Assembly: GCA_028353405.1 (NCBI GenBank)
Contig: JAOMOG010000004.1
Span: forward strand, 8,722-72,721
DNA from: Candidatus Poseidoniaceae archaeon
GTDB lineage: Archaea; Thermoplasmatota; Poseidoniia; Poseidoniales; Poseidoniaceae
Length of the DNA: 64,000 nucleotides
Reading direction: 5' to 3'
Shown here piece after piece: positions 1 through 9,168 of the stretch. The notes below the pieces were generated by a model, which was given only the letters and a program-made list of their open reading frames with translations, made no database searches and was not told the DNA's origin. Numbering within the stretch: position 1 is the stretch's first letter; each line of letters starts with the position of its first letter. The position numbers and the translations under genes are program-made.

Positions 1-380
1 GGGTCTTCCGTAGTATTATTTTCTTGGGGAGGCAAAGGATTGACAATTATTTGTCCAACCATGCCGACACTCCTATGAGGCTCACAAAAATAATCGAAAG
101 TACCATTCAAGCCCGGAGTGAATAAGAAACTGTAATCTTGATCAGAGGCAGTATCGCCTGAATCAAATGTTTCATTTTCTTCTACAGCATTGTGAGGTAG
201 TAATTGTCCATCCCAAAAAAAACGAATAGTTTCCCCTTCTGTAATAGTGACAGTAGAAGGGCTAAAACGAAGATTAGTGCTATCGACTGTGATGATTGTG
301 GCATTAGTATTATTATCGGCACTGACTATAGGAATAGTGCAAAAAATAATCAATAAAGTCACTATTAATGCGATTCTCAT
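1..380 (-). CDS. Secreted plastocyanin/halocyanin-like blue copper protein (3' end runs off the window; not in ORF track)
   Basis: Manual translation from ATG at 380: MRIALIVTLLIIFCTIPIVSA (signal)...RFSPSTVTITEGETIRFFW...PHNAV...YFCEPHRSVGMVGQIIV; type-1 copper ligands H, C, H, M. Confidence 0.85.
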   Translation of the reverse strand, partial: MRIALIVTLLIIFCTIPIVSADNNTNATIITVDSTNLRFSPSTVTITEGETIRFFWDGQLLPHNAVEENETFDSGDTASDQDYSFLFTPGLNGTFDYFCEPHRSVGMVGQIIVNPLPPQENNTTED

Positions 381-441
381 AATGTATAGAACAACCACAT
401 AATACTTAGCCTATTGTTTTCTAATTAGTACTATTTTACTC

Positions 442-675
442 TCAAATGGAATAATAGGTGTATAGTCTATATACGATAGAGCCGATTTGTATGACACAAA
501 AAAATATTATCATTCCTAAAATAAAATAATAGCTCTTTGGTGCTTCTTCTTTGGTTTTCCAACCCTTCCCCTTAGCGTGAAAGCCCTTGTTTACAAAACA
601 ATAAAGTCCGTATCCCAAACATAAAACAAGGCCAAACAAATTACCAACTATGGAATAAATAAGTAAGTTGTTCAT
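442..675 (-). CDS. Small two-TM hypothetical membrane protein
   Basis: 77-aa ORF with two hydrophobic segments; AGGAG upstream. Confidence 0.6.
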   Translation of the reverse strand: MNNLLIYSIVGNLFGLVLCLGYGLYCFVNKGFHAKGKGWKTKEEAPKSYYFILGMIIFFCVIQIGSIVYRLYTYYSI

Positions 676-834
676 TCTTCTTCATCTCCTTTTTTGATCA
701 ATTCCCAAAGTACGTATGGTCGGCTCCAGAAGGCGCCCACAATAATTGTGTCTTTTTTGTCATCATTCGCTATCTCCTAGTAAATTGTATTATTAAAATT
801 TATGAATTTATCCATCTTGTTCCAACCGTTAATG

Positions 835-868
835 AACCGATTCGGCTAGGCCGAAGAGGTTTTTTTTT
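835..868 (+). terminator. GC hairpin followed by a T-run (terminator/attenuator-like)
   Basis: AACC-ga-TTCGGC-tag-GCCGAA-ga-GGTT then TTTTTTT. Confidence 0.4.
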
Positions 869-963
869 ACTTCAGATTGATTTCAAAAATCAATGAATCC
901 AAGAATCAAAATATGGCTCGGATTTAAACAAATAGTGATATACTACTCCACTAGGCCGCAACC

Positions 964-2895
964 ATGCAAATTAAAATTGTTAGCATGCTAGTAGCCTTAC
1001 TTTTATTATCAGCGTTACCACTCAATGTGGCTGCCGATGAGAACGATGACATACCGACAAATGCTATGTCCACTGGAGTTCATGACTCCTTGGTCGCAGC
1101 ACTTGCCCACGCTGATTTAGTGACTACGCTTCAAGGCGACGGACCCTTCACAGTGTTCGCTCCAACCGATGATGCGTTCACAGCGGCTGGAATTGATTTA
1201 TCAACATTTGATACAGATGAAGAAAATGCTACTTTAGTAGATATCTTGCTGTACCATGTTTATTCTGGAGCAGTCAATGCCTCTGATGTAACTGATGGAT
1301 TGACTGTAACAATGGTCAATGGTGATGAAGCATCATTCACAGTAACAAATGGTACAGTTATGGTTGGGGATGCTACTGTAACCACTGCCGATGTAGCCTC
1401 ATCTAACGGAATTATTCATGTAATCGATAAGGTGTTAATGCCACCAGAAGGAATCATTAACGAGATTTGCTACAACACGGTGACCCACACAATTGTGCCA
1501 GGTTCCGATGCAACTGAATGTGAATCATACATGTATCTCGAAGATTACGAAATGAATGGTCAAAATATCACCGGATGTTACAACTCAGTTACACATCAGG
1601 TTTCAAACGTTAGTCAAGCAATTTGTGAAGGTTACATGTGGGCTCCAGCAGTTGATATTGCCATGACTGCAATGGCAACAGGAATACACAGTTCCTTGGT
1701 CGCTGCTTTGACTAAGGCTGACTTAGTTACAACACTTCAGGGTGATGGACCATTCACAGTATTTGCACCAACAGACCAAGCATTCATTGATGCAGAAATC
1801 GATTTGGATTCATTTACTACAGATGAAGAAATTGCTGTTCTAACTGATATCTTACTTTACCATGTTTCCACAGAATGGGTCGATTCAGCAGGGTCTAATG
1901 AAACCGTAGCAATGGTTAACGGAGATGATGCTTCATTCACAGTAACTGATGGAACTGTAATGATTGGAGATGCTACTGTAGTGTTGGCTGATGTCCCAGC
2001 TAGCAATGGAATAATCCATGTGATTGACAAGGTACTAATGCCGCCAGTTGACCTAGTTGACATTCCAACTGTTGCTGATGGAACTGGAATCCATACAGCA
2101 TTGGTAGCAGCTCTTACTAAGGCTGACCTAGTTACAACACTTCAGGGTGATGGACCATTCACAGTATTTGCACCAACAGACCAAGCATTCACTGATGCAG
2201 GAATCGATTTGGATTCATTTACTACAGATGAAGAAATTGCAACACTTGCAGATATTTTGCTATTCCACGTTTATTCTGGAGCAGTCAATGCCGCTGATGT
2301 AACAGATGGATTGACTGTAACAATGGTCAATGGTGATGAAGCATCATTCACAGTCGCAGATGGAACAGTGATGGTTGGTGGTGCTACAGTGACAATTGCA
2401 GATGTAGCAGCTAGTAATGGCGTAATCCATGTCATTGACAAGGTTTTGATGCCACCTGTAGATGTAGTATGTGATGTTACAATTGGACTTTCTTCAAGTG
2501 GATACAAATTCTCTCCATCAGTGGTCTCTATTGAAGTCGATCAAACTGTTTGCTGGACATGGTCCGATGCAGAAATGGAGCACAATGTTAAGGAAGTTGA
2601 AGAATATAAATCAGCTACATTCGTGGAAGGCGGGATTACTTCAGGGGCAGCAGATGTTACCGTTGAATTCCATTATACATTCACAGAGAATACAACATTC
2701 TACTATGCTTGTGAACCTCATATCTCGTTAGACATGTTTGGTAAGGTAATTGTAGGGGATGGTGGCATTGAGCCAGTAGACGACTCTAGTGTACGCGATG
2801 GAAATAGTACACCTGGATTCCTTGGAGTAACCATGCTTCTAGCAACTCTAGGTGCTATTCTTTATTCTGGAATCAATCGTCCTGAAGAGTTGTGA
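964..2895 (+). CDS. Surface protein: signal peptide, 3 fasciclin (FAS1) domains, C-terminal cupredoxin domain, PGF-CTERM-like anchor
   Basis: Three FTVFAPTD...ASNG[IV]IHVIDKVL repeats; HNV...YACEPHISLDM copper motif; TPGF plus TM helix. Confidence 0.9.
   Translation: MQIKIVSMLVALLLLSALPLNVAADENDDIPTNAMSTGVHDSLVAALAHADLVTTLQGDGPFTVFAPTDDAFTAAGIDLSTFDTDEENATLVDILLYHVYSGAVNASDVTDGLTVTMVNGDEASFTVTNGTVMVGDATVTTADVASSNGIIHVIDKVLMPPEGIINEICYNTVTHTIVPGSDATECESYMYLEDYEMNGQNITGCYNSVTHQVSNVSQAICEGYMWAPAVDIAMTAMATGIHSSLVAALTKADLVTTLQGDGPFTVFAPTDQAFIDAEIDLDSFTTDEEIAVLTDILLYHVSTEWVDSAGSNETVAMVNGDDASFTVTDGTVMIGDATVVLADVPASNGIIHVIDKVLMPPVDLVDIPTVADGTGIHTALVAALTKADLVTTLQGDGPFTVFAPTDQAFTDAGIDLDSFTTDEEIATLADILLFHVYSGAVNAADVTDGLTVTMVNGDEASFTVADGTVMVGGATVTIADVAASNGVIHVIDKVLMPPVDVVCDVTIGLSSSGYKFSPSVVSIEVDQTVCWTWSDAEMEHNVKEVEEYKSATFVEGGITSGAADVTVEFHYTFTENTTFYYACEPHISLDMFGKVIVGDGGIEPVDDSSVRDGNSTPGFLGVTMLLATLGAILYSGINRPEEL
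1711..2240 (+). repeat. Intragenic near-identical direct repeat (1711-1835 vs 2116-2240)
   Basis: 125 nt with 3 mismatches between FAS1 repeats 2 and 3; a second pair, 1258-1343 vs 2269-2354, has 86 nt with 2 mismatches. Confidence 0.9.
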
Positions 2896-2896
2896 T

Positions 2897-3823
2897 ATGT
2901 TGAACTGGAAACGATTTGTCGCTGGAATAGTGGTTTTGTTACTTCTGTCGGCAGCAATATGGGTCTATATGGTTTCAACATATGAATCAGGCTTGGGGAC
3001 TTCTAACACGATTCTTGTCAATGATTCCAATTCCTCAATTGATAATTCTACTGATAATAAGCTGTTAGAATTATCATTCGAGACGGGTGCCGAAGATTTA
3101 CTCTGGGCTTCTTTAGGTATTGAGTTGGAAATCAAAGGAGTAAAGCACACCTGTTCGTTTGGTGCCCAATCAAATCCGGGTCAATCTGGAGCATTAATAT
3201 CAACTAATTTAGGAGCGGATGGGCTTACATTCACAACAGTTGTTAATGCAACAGATGATGAACAGTTCACGTTTTTAGATATTGGAGAACAAACGGAAGG
3301 TACCGAATCTAATTATTGGATGAAGTTTTCTTCTACCGATATATTCCTTGGTGAAGGTGTTAAATGGTTATTTTTAGATGGTGCAGATTTTAAAGAGGTT
3401 AACGAAATACCAAGTGATAATCTATCTAACAATACAGAAGATAGACTTGAATGGTATACATATGACCTTTCAGTTCATCGAATAGACCCCAACGATGGAG
3501 TCTATGTGGTTGAAAAAAATGACATGTGGTTCAAAATAAACTTTTTGTCATACTATAATTCTGATGATGAGAGCCGTTTTCCAGCAATGCAGATCGCTGC
3601 CTTGAACGGCACTGATTTTCCAGCATTAAGCAATTCAGATTTAGTTGCGCCTTCACCATGTATAATTCTTACAGAAGATTCGAATACTGATTATTGGAAT
3701 GCAAATGAAACAATAATTCTTGCTGAAAATGGAATTAATCTGTGTAGTCAGAGTTGTGACATTGATGTTAAAATCAAATTTGAAACAACACCTGTTGTTG
3801 TTTCTAGAACTGAACTTGTTTAG
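2897..3823 (+). CDS. Membrane-anchored protein with HmuY-like domain inside a pilin-like beta domain
   Basis: N-terminal TM; WYTYDLSVHRIDPNDGVYVV...FKINFLSYYN resembles the HmuY C-terminal motif; ATG at 2897 right after the upstream stop. Confidence 0.55.
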   Translation: MLNWKRFVAGIVVLLLLSAAIWVYMVSTYESGLGTSNTILVNDSNSSIDNSTDNKLLELSFETGAEDLLWASLGIELEIKGVKHTCSFGAQSNPGQSGALISTNLGADGLTFTTVVNATDDEQFTFLDIGEQTEGTESNYWMKFSSTDIFLGEGVKWLFLDGADFKEVNEIPSDNLSNNTEDRLEWYTYDLSVHRIDPNDGVYVVEKNDMWFKINFLSYYNSDDESRFPAMQIAALNGTDFPALSNSDLVAPSPCIILTEDSNTDYWNANETIILAENGINLCSQSCDIDVKIKFETTPVVVSRTELV

Positions 3824-3839
3824 TATCTAATTCATACTA

Positions 3840-5108
3840 TTACTGATTAGAACCTACGCCTTGGTAATAGGTTTCAACAGCGTTATCCAATTCATCAATT
3901 GCCTTCGCTTCATCAACACTGAGAGTAATTCCATCACGCCTCAATGCCTTACCTTCAACCCACAAATCAAGACAATCAGCACCATTGAATACTAAATTTG
4001 CAATGTGTCTATCATTTTGCCTTCCAACTGGACGCATTCTAATATCATCTATATTCCAAACAGCCCAATCTTGACTGCCTTTGGTAGCCATTGAGAATAC
4101 TTCAGTAGCAGGAAGCAATGTAGGGTCCCAATGGTCATGACGTTGTACTAAACTTGCTAATCTTGCTTCAGCCAAAATATCTAGGCCACTTCCTGAACTT
4201 GCTGCACCATCGGTTCCAAGGCGAACATCAACCCCTGCATCTCTGTATGCTGGAAGCGATAGAGTTCCTCCACATGCCAATTTCATATTTGATGAAGGAC
4301 AATGTACAGCAGTAGCCTCATGTTTTGCCAAGATTCTAATTTCATTTTTCTTAACCCAAGATGCGTGAGCACATATTGTGCCCTCTTGGAAGAATTCGAT
4401 AGAGTCTAGGTATTCAACTGGATAGAGCCCAGTTTTGGCATGATGTTCAGCTACTTCCTTTCTTGTTTCAGAAACATGGATGTGTAAGCGTGCTTTTCTT
4501 TTTGCAGCCAATTCAGAAGCCTTTCTCAAAGTTTCTTCTTCACACAAATATACCGAATGAGTTGCGATTGCATAATTTATACGATTTGAAGGCGAGTTTT
4601 GTTGCAATAACTGATCCATTTCAGCAAGTGCTGAAGTTGCACTTCCATGCGAGGGGAGTGCTATATCACTTACCGGCCCGCCAATCAATCCTCTTAATCC
4701 AGCATCATCGAGAACTTTACCTGTGACACTTGGATGAAAGTACATATCGGCGGCAAATGTTGAGCCCGTTCTAATCATTTCAGCAGCAGCAGCTTGGGTG
4801 CCGACTCGAACATATTCCTCGTTAATTTTCGCTTCGGTAGGGAATATTGCTTCATTTAACCAGCGATGAAGAGGAAAACCATCACTGAAATCTCTAGCGT
4901 TTAGTTGCATTGCTAGATGAGTATGCCAATTTTGTAAACTGCGCGTAATCAATCGCTTTGAACCATCAATTTGTTGGGCAACATCTTCGTCACCATTTGA
5001 TTGTGACCAACTTCCGTCACTATGCAATAGCACATCTCCAACAAATTGCTGACCACTCTCATCGTAGAGGACGGTATTGAGATAGCGTATGCTATCATCG
5101 TGCGACAT
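3840..5108 (-). CDS. Metal-dependent amidohydrolase (MTA/SAH or 5'-deoxyadenosine deaminase-like)
   Basis: NWHTH, HIHVSET, CAH, LGTDGAAS motifs. Confidence 0.85.
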   Translation of the reverse strand: MSHDDSIRYLNTVLYDESGQQFVGDVLLHSDGSWSQSNGDEDVAQQIDGSKRLITRSLQNWHTHLAMQLNARDFSDGFPLHRWLNEAIFPTEAKINEEYVRVGTQAAAAEMIRTGSTFAADMYFHPSVTGKVLDDAGLRGLIGGPVSDIALPSHGSATSALAEMDQLLQQNSPSNRINYAIATHSVYLCEEETLRKASELAAKRKARLHIHVSETRKEVAEHHAKTGLYPVEYLDSIEFFQEGTICAHASWVKKNEIRILAKHEATAVHCPSSNMKLACGGTLSLPAYRDAGVDVRLGTDGAASSGSGLDILAEARLASLVQRHDHWDPTLLPATEVFSMATKGSQDWAVWNIDDIRMRPVGRQNDRHIANLVFNGADCLDLWVEGKALRRDGITLSVDEAKAIDELDNAVETYYQGVGSNQ

Positions 5109-5177
5109 GGTTAGTGCTCGCGCCATTCATTGAAGAATCCTAGCCTCTAATCAGGATAACAACAAATGAAATATTAT

Positions 5178-6440
5178 TCATTGATTGTCCACTGGTTTAA
5201 TTATCTCAACTGCGAATTGTTTTGCACTAGCCTCTAGGCTTGCGATTCCAGGTAAAGTACGTCCTGCAATATAATTCAATGAAGCACCACCGCCGGTAGA
5301 AACATGGTCCATTTTATCGGCTAATCCGCGCTTCACAACTAATGTTGCAGTATGACCGCCACCCATCACAGTATAGCCTTCTGCTTCAGCACAGGCATTG
5401 AGGATCTCAATCGTTCCCAATGAAAAATCTGGAAGTTCAAATATTCCGGCAGGTCCGTTTAGAATTATTGTGCCAGCCTTTTTAATCGCAGCAGAAATAG
5501 CCATTGTTGATTGAATTCCCAAATCGATTAGTGGTGCTTCAACCGGTAAATCTGCAAGGAATAAATCAACTCTATTAGCCTCAATATTGGCAGCTAAGTC
5601 AACTGGTAAGTGAATCTTCTGCGAGAAATCATTGAGTAGTGATTTGGCAGTCTCAACAGTTGAATGATAGTTATCGCCTAATTCATTGACTAGGAAGTTG
5701 TGATTTAATTCACCGATATCCACTCCTGATAATTCGACCATCATATTGGCCACTCCACCAGTTACCCACACACTATCTGCAATACCCTTGCGCAGCATAT
5801 TATCGGCGACAGTAACAGAGTCATCGACCTTGATGCCACCGAGTATGGCCATACAAGGTCGTTGTGGATCTTCTAATGCAGAATCTAATTTACGAATTTC
5901 CTGACCCATTAATTCACCTGCAACACACGGTATTTCGTGAGTGAATCCAGTGATAGAAGGAGTGGAGCGATGAGCACATGCAAAAGCATCGTTAACAAAG
6001 ATATCAGCAATTCCTGATAACGCTTGGACCATTTTTGTCTTTGCCATTGTCGTAAAGCCACCAGTGGTTGAAATCTCTTGTTCATCCATCCTTACATTAT
6101 TGAGCATCAATATCTGTCCATTTTGTAATTGCTCTATTGCTTCCATTGCCTTTGATCCATAGATGTCATCCACCCATTTTATTTGTCGACCTAGCAATCT
6201 ACCAAGTTCTCTAGAGTGTCCTAAAGTACTGGTGAAATCATTTTTCCCAGGTCTAGATTGGTGCGCAAGAATAATCACTTTGGCCTTAGAAAGTTGATTC
6301 AGAGTAGGAAGAATCGCCTTTATTCTCGTATCGTCGAGAAAAGTGTTTGTCGCAGGGTCCATTGGACAGTTAATATCGACGCGAACGAGGACAGTCTTGC
6401 CCTCAACGTTGACATTGTCCAAGGTCAGAACCCTTGCCAT
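5178..6440 (-). CDS. pgk: Phosphoglycerate kinase
   Basis: VRVDIN, AHQSRPG, NDAFACAHR, GGGHT, HVSTGGGA. Confidence 0.97.
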   Translation of the reverse strand: MARVLTLDNVNVEGKTVLVRVDINCPMDPATNTFLDDTRIKAILPTLNQLSKAKVIILAHQSRPGKNDFTSTLGHSRELGRLLGRQIKWVDDIYGSKAMEAIEQLQNGQILMLNNVRMDEQEISTTGGFTTMAKTKMVQALSGIADIFVNDAFACAHRSTPSITGFTHEIPCVAGELMGQEIRKLDSALEDPQRPCMAILGGIKVDDSVTVADNMLRKGIADSVWVTGGVANMMVELSGVDIGELNHNFLVNELGDNYHSTVETAKSLLNDFSQKIHLPVDLAANIEANRVDLFLADLPVEAPLIDLGIQSTMAISAAIKKAGTIILNGPAGIFELPDFSLGTIEILNACAEAEGYTVMGGGHTATLVVKRGLADKMDHVSTGGGASLNYIAGRTLPGIASLEASAKQFAVEIIKPVDNQ

Positions 6441-6604
6441 CAGTTCACTCCAACAGCCGTAGGTTTTTGTATTCCTCGGCTAATAACCCAATAAAAATCA
6501 TCGAACTTGTGTTTAGCGGCCATGCCGATAAGGTGTCAAAGCGCGCGTCTTCAACAGCGCAATAACGCGAAAGGTGAAATAGGCTTCAAAACCGCTAACA
6601 TTTG

Positions 6605-7561
6605 ATGGGGCGCGAAACATCAGAGCAAGATAGTGTACTGGATGGTGCACGGCGTCGCGCTGGTACGGTCACCTCATCCTTCGGAGTGTCAAAACGAGAA
6701 GGACACGATGCTTCGATATATTATGGAAGTAGATTGAACGAAGGCCAAGTATCCTCAAGAGAAGTAGGTCCAGAGAACCAATTACCACCAACTAGTGCTA
6801 ACAAAGTCCTTTGTGGTGATTCACGGGCTTTAGATCTACCAGATAATTGCGTTCAATTGGTTGTAACTTCACCACCATATAATGCTAGTAAATCATATGA
6901 TGAGGATTTGAGTCTAGCAGAATATTTACAGTTGCTATTCGATGTATTCCAAGAGTGTTACAGGGTATTGGCGCCTGGTGGGAGAATGGTTGTAAATGTT
7001 GCAAACCTTGGTAGGAAGCCATACATTCCTCTATCCAGTCACATCAACTTAATGATGAATCAAATTGGCTTTTTAATGCGAGGAGAAGTGATTTGGGATA
7101 AATCTGCAAGCGCTGGGTCCTCTTGTGCATGGGGTTCATTCCAAAGTGCAAGTAATCCTTGTCTAAGAGATATTCACGAATATTTACTAATTTTTAGCAA
7201 GGGTGATTACAAATTACCACGCGATAAAAAACAAAGAGAACAAGGTAGAATTGATACAATCTCACGTGATGACTTTGTAAAGCACACAAAATCAATTTGG
7301 AGTTTTGCAACAGAGAGGGCAAGCAGGGTGAACCATCCAGCACCCTTCCCCGTTGAACTACCAAAACGATGTATTGAGATGTACAGTTTTGTCGGAGATG
7401 TCGTTTTAGATCCATTCAATGGTTCTGGTTCAACCTGTGTGGCTGCAAAAATGACCGGTAGAACCTATATCGGAATTGATCTCTCTGAAGAATACTGTGA
7501 AATCGCACAACAGAGAATAGATGTCACTGAAGAATTTGTTGTCGCAGAAATAGAATCTTAA
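6605..7561 (+). CDS. Site-specific DNA methyltransferase (N4-C/N6-A, beta class), orphan
   Basis: Catalytic TSPPY precedes HPAPFP and SAM-binding DPFNGSGST. Confidence 0.9.
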   Translation: MGRETSEQDSVLDGARRRAGTVTSSFGVSKREGHDASIYYGSRLNEGQVSSREVGPENQLPPTSANKVLCGDSRALDLPDNCVQLVVTSPPYNASKSYDEDLSLAEYLQLLFDVFQECYRVLAPGGRMVVNVANLGRKPYIPLSSHINLMMNQIGFLMRGEVIWDKSASAGSSCAWGSFQSASNPCLRDIHEYLLIFSKGDYKLPRDKKQREQGRIDTISRDDFVKHTKSIWSFATERASRVNHPAPFPVELPKRCIEMYSFVGDVVLDPFNGSGSTCVAAKMTGRTYIGIDLSEEYCEIAQQRIDVTEEFVVAEIES

Positions 7562-7620
7562 GTTATTTTTGAGCATTTTCTCAAGCGGAGTCATTTTGAA
7601 CGGATGACGCACCCAATGAC

Positions 7621-8898
7621 ATGATGACAACTTGGTCGGAAGCCGATATCGTTGGCCCAGAGGGCGAAGATTGGCGCGTACCTGTATCCGAGTTGGAGTC
7701 CCGCCTAACCCTTCTATCATCTCTTTTGGCCGAAGCAGGTATTGGTGGAGCTATCATTCAACACCCGGTCGATTTGTATTATTATGCGGGTGGCAGACAA
7801 AATGGTTCACTCTTTGTACCGGCTAAAGGAACCGCTGCAACTTGTGAATTGGGGGGAGATGGTCCAACCTTCTTCGTTCGCCGTTCATTGAGAAGGGCTA
7901 TTTTTGAAGCAGGTGGCGATGATGCACCACTCAATGTGTGTTCTTTCCCTTCGATGCAAGGATTCGCTCAGCATCTGAAAGATATGGGTGCTCAAGGGTC
8001 AATCGGTTTACAGCAGGGGGAAGTACCGGCTTCCCTTTACATGTTTTTCAATGAGAAATTATCTCTATTCGGACAATGTCCTGACATAACAGAATTAGTT
8101 CATGGTCAAAGAGAAATCAAGTCTGCCTGGGAGATTGAAATGTTAGAAGCAGGTGCAGTAATTCAATTAAAAATGTTTGATGCAGTTGCAGAGGCCGGTG
8201 CTGAAGGAGTTACTGAATTGGAACTAGTTGCAGCCGCTGAGGCGGTTAGTCGCGCTGAAGGATACGGTGGTTCGGTACAGATGCGCCGCTTTCCAATGCA
8301 ATGTGATAGAGGTGTAATCATCGCTGGACGGGCTGGAGGAATCCCATCTTTCTTCGATTCAGCATTAGGTGGAGTCGGTGCACATCCACTATCCAGTATG
8401 GGGAGTAGTTTCAACAAAATCAAGGCTAATGAAACAGTTCTAGTTGATTTATTACATATTCATCGCGGCTATGTTGTTGATGCTACCAGAATGTTTGTAG
8501 CGGGGCATTTAGATGAAAAATGGAATTCACGACTTGAAGATATATTGGCGGTTAAAGATACGGTAGTCGATGTTTTGGGTTCGGGCGAGACCTGCCAGCA
8601 AGCATGGAGGCAAGGACTTGCATTAGCAGATGAACTCGGTCACAAGGATCACTTGATGGGAATGAATCCAGATCAAAGTAAATTCCTTGGTCATTCTGTT
8701 GGATTACAATTGGATGAGACTCCAGTGGTTGCAGAAGGCTTTGATAGGCCGCTACCAATTGGTGGTACTATGGCAATAGAGCCTAAATTAGTATATTCAG
8801 ATGGGAGTATCGGTAGTGAAGATACTTGGGTGAGGGATGAAGATGGAATGCGTCCTCTCACAGCAGATAGAGCAATTCCATGGGTAACGGAGTGGTAA
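7621..8898 (+). CDS. Xaa-Pro peptidase family (M24)
   Basis: GYVVDATR, GHSVGL, AIEP, EDT metal ligands; creatinase-like N-terminus. Confidence 0.9.
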   Translation: MMTTWSEADIVGPEGEDWRVPVSELESRLTLLSSLLAEAGIGGAIIQHPVDLYYYAGGRQNGSLFVPAKGTAATCELGGDGPTFFVRRSLRRAIFEAGGDDAPLNVCSFPSMQGFAQHLKDMGAQGSIGLQQGEVPASLYMFFNEKLSLFGQCPDITELVHGQREIKSAWEIEMLEAGAVIQLKMFDAVAEAGAEGVTELELVAAAEAVSRAEGYGGSVQMRRFPMQCDRGVIIAGRAGGIPSFFDSALGGVGAHPLSSMGSSFNKIKANETVLVDLLHIHRGYVVDATRMFVAGHLDEKWNSRLEDILAVKDTVVDVLGSGETCQQAWRQGLALADELGHKDHLMGMNPDQSKFLGHSVGLQLDETPVVAEGFDRPLPIGGTMAIEPKLVYSDGSIGSEDTWVRDEDGMRPLTADRAIPWVTEW

Positions 8899-9167
8899 TG
8901 ATGGAACAAACAATTGATGAGAATGATGATTTCACAGAAAAACAACAAGATTGGGACGAGTCTGATGTTGGTAAGCGTATTATCAAGCGTGTGACAATTA
9001 ATGGAACATACTTGAACGAATTAATTGTACAAGTATTCTGTCGATTCTGTGGAGCAGAATTCATTGGACCTAGTAGAGAGGCCGGTGGCTTTCTCGGAGG
9101 GCATGAGTGCCTCCATTCTTGGGAAATAGCGCAAGAAATGAATAGAGAAGACGGATTAACAGAGTAA
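8898..9167 (+). CDS. Small C2H2-like zinc-binding protein
   Basis: CRFC-x17-HECLH; ATG overlaps the upstream stop. Confidence 0.6.
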   Translation: MMEQTIDENDDFTEKQQDWDESDVGKRIIKRVTINGTYLNELIVQVFCRFCGAEFIGPSREAGGFLGGHECLHSWEIAQEMNREDGLTE

Positions 9168-9168
9168 T

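Noticed and set aside
698..766. Short ORF(s) with AGGAG upstream of the 77-aa membrane gene
   Set aside because: Only ~22 codons, two competing frames and no recognisable motif
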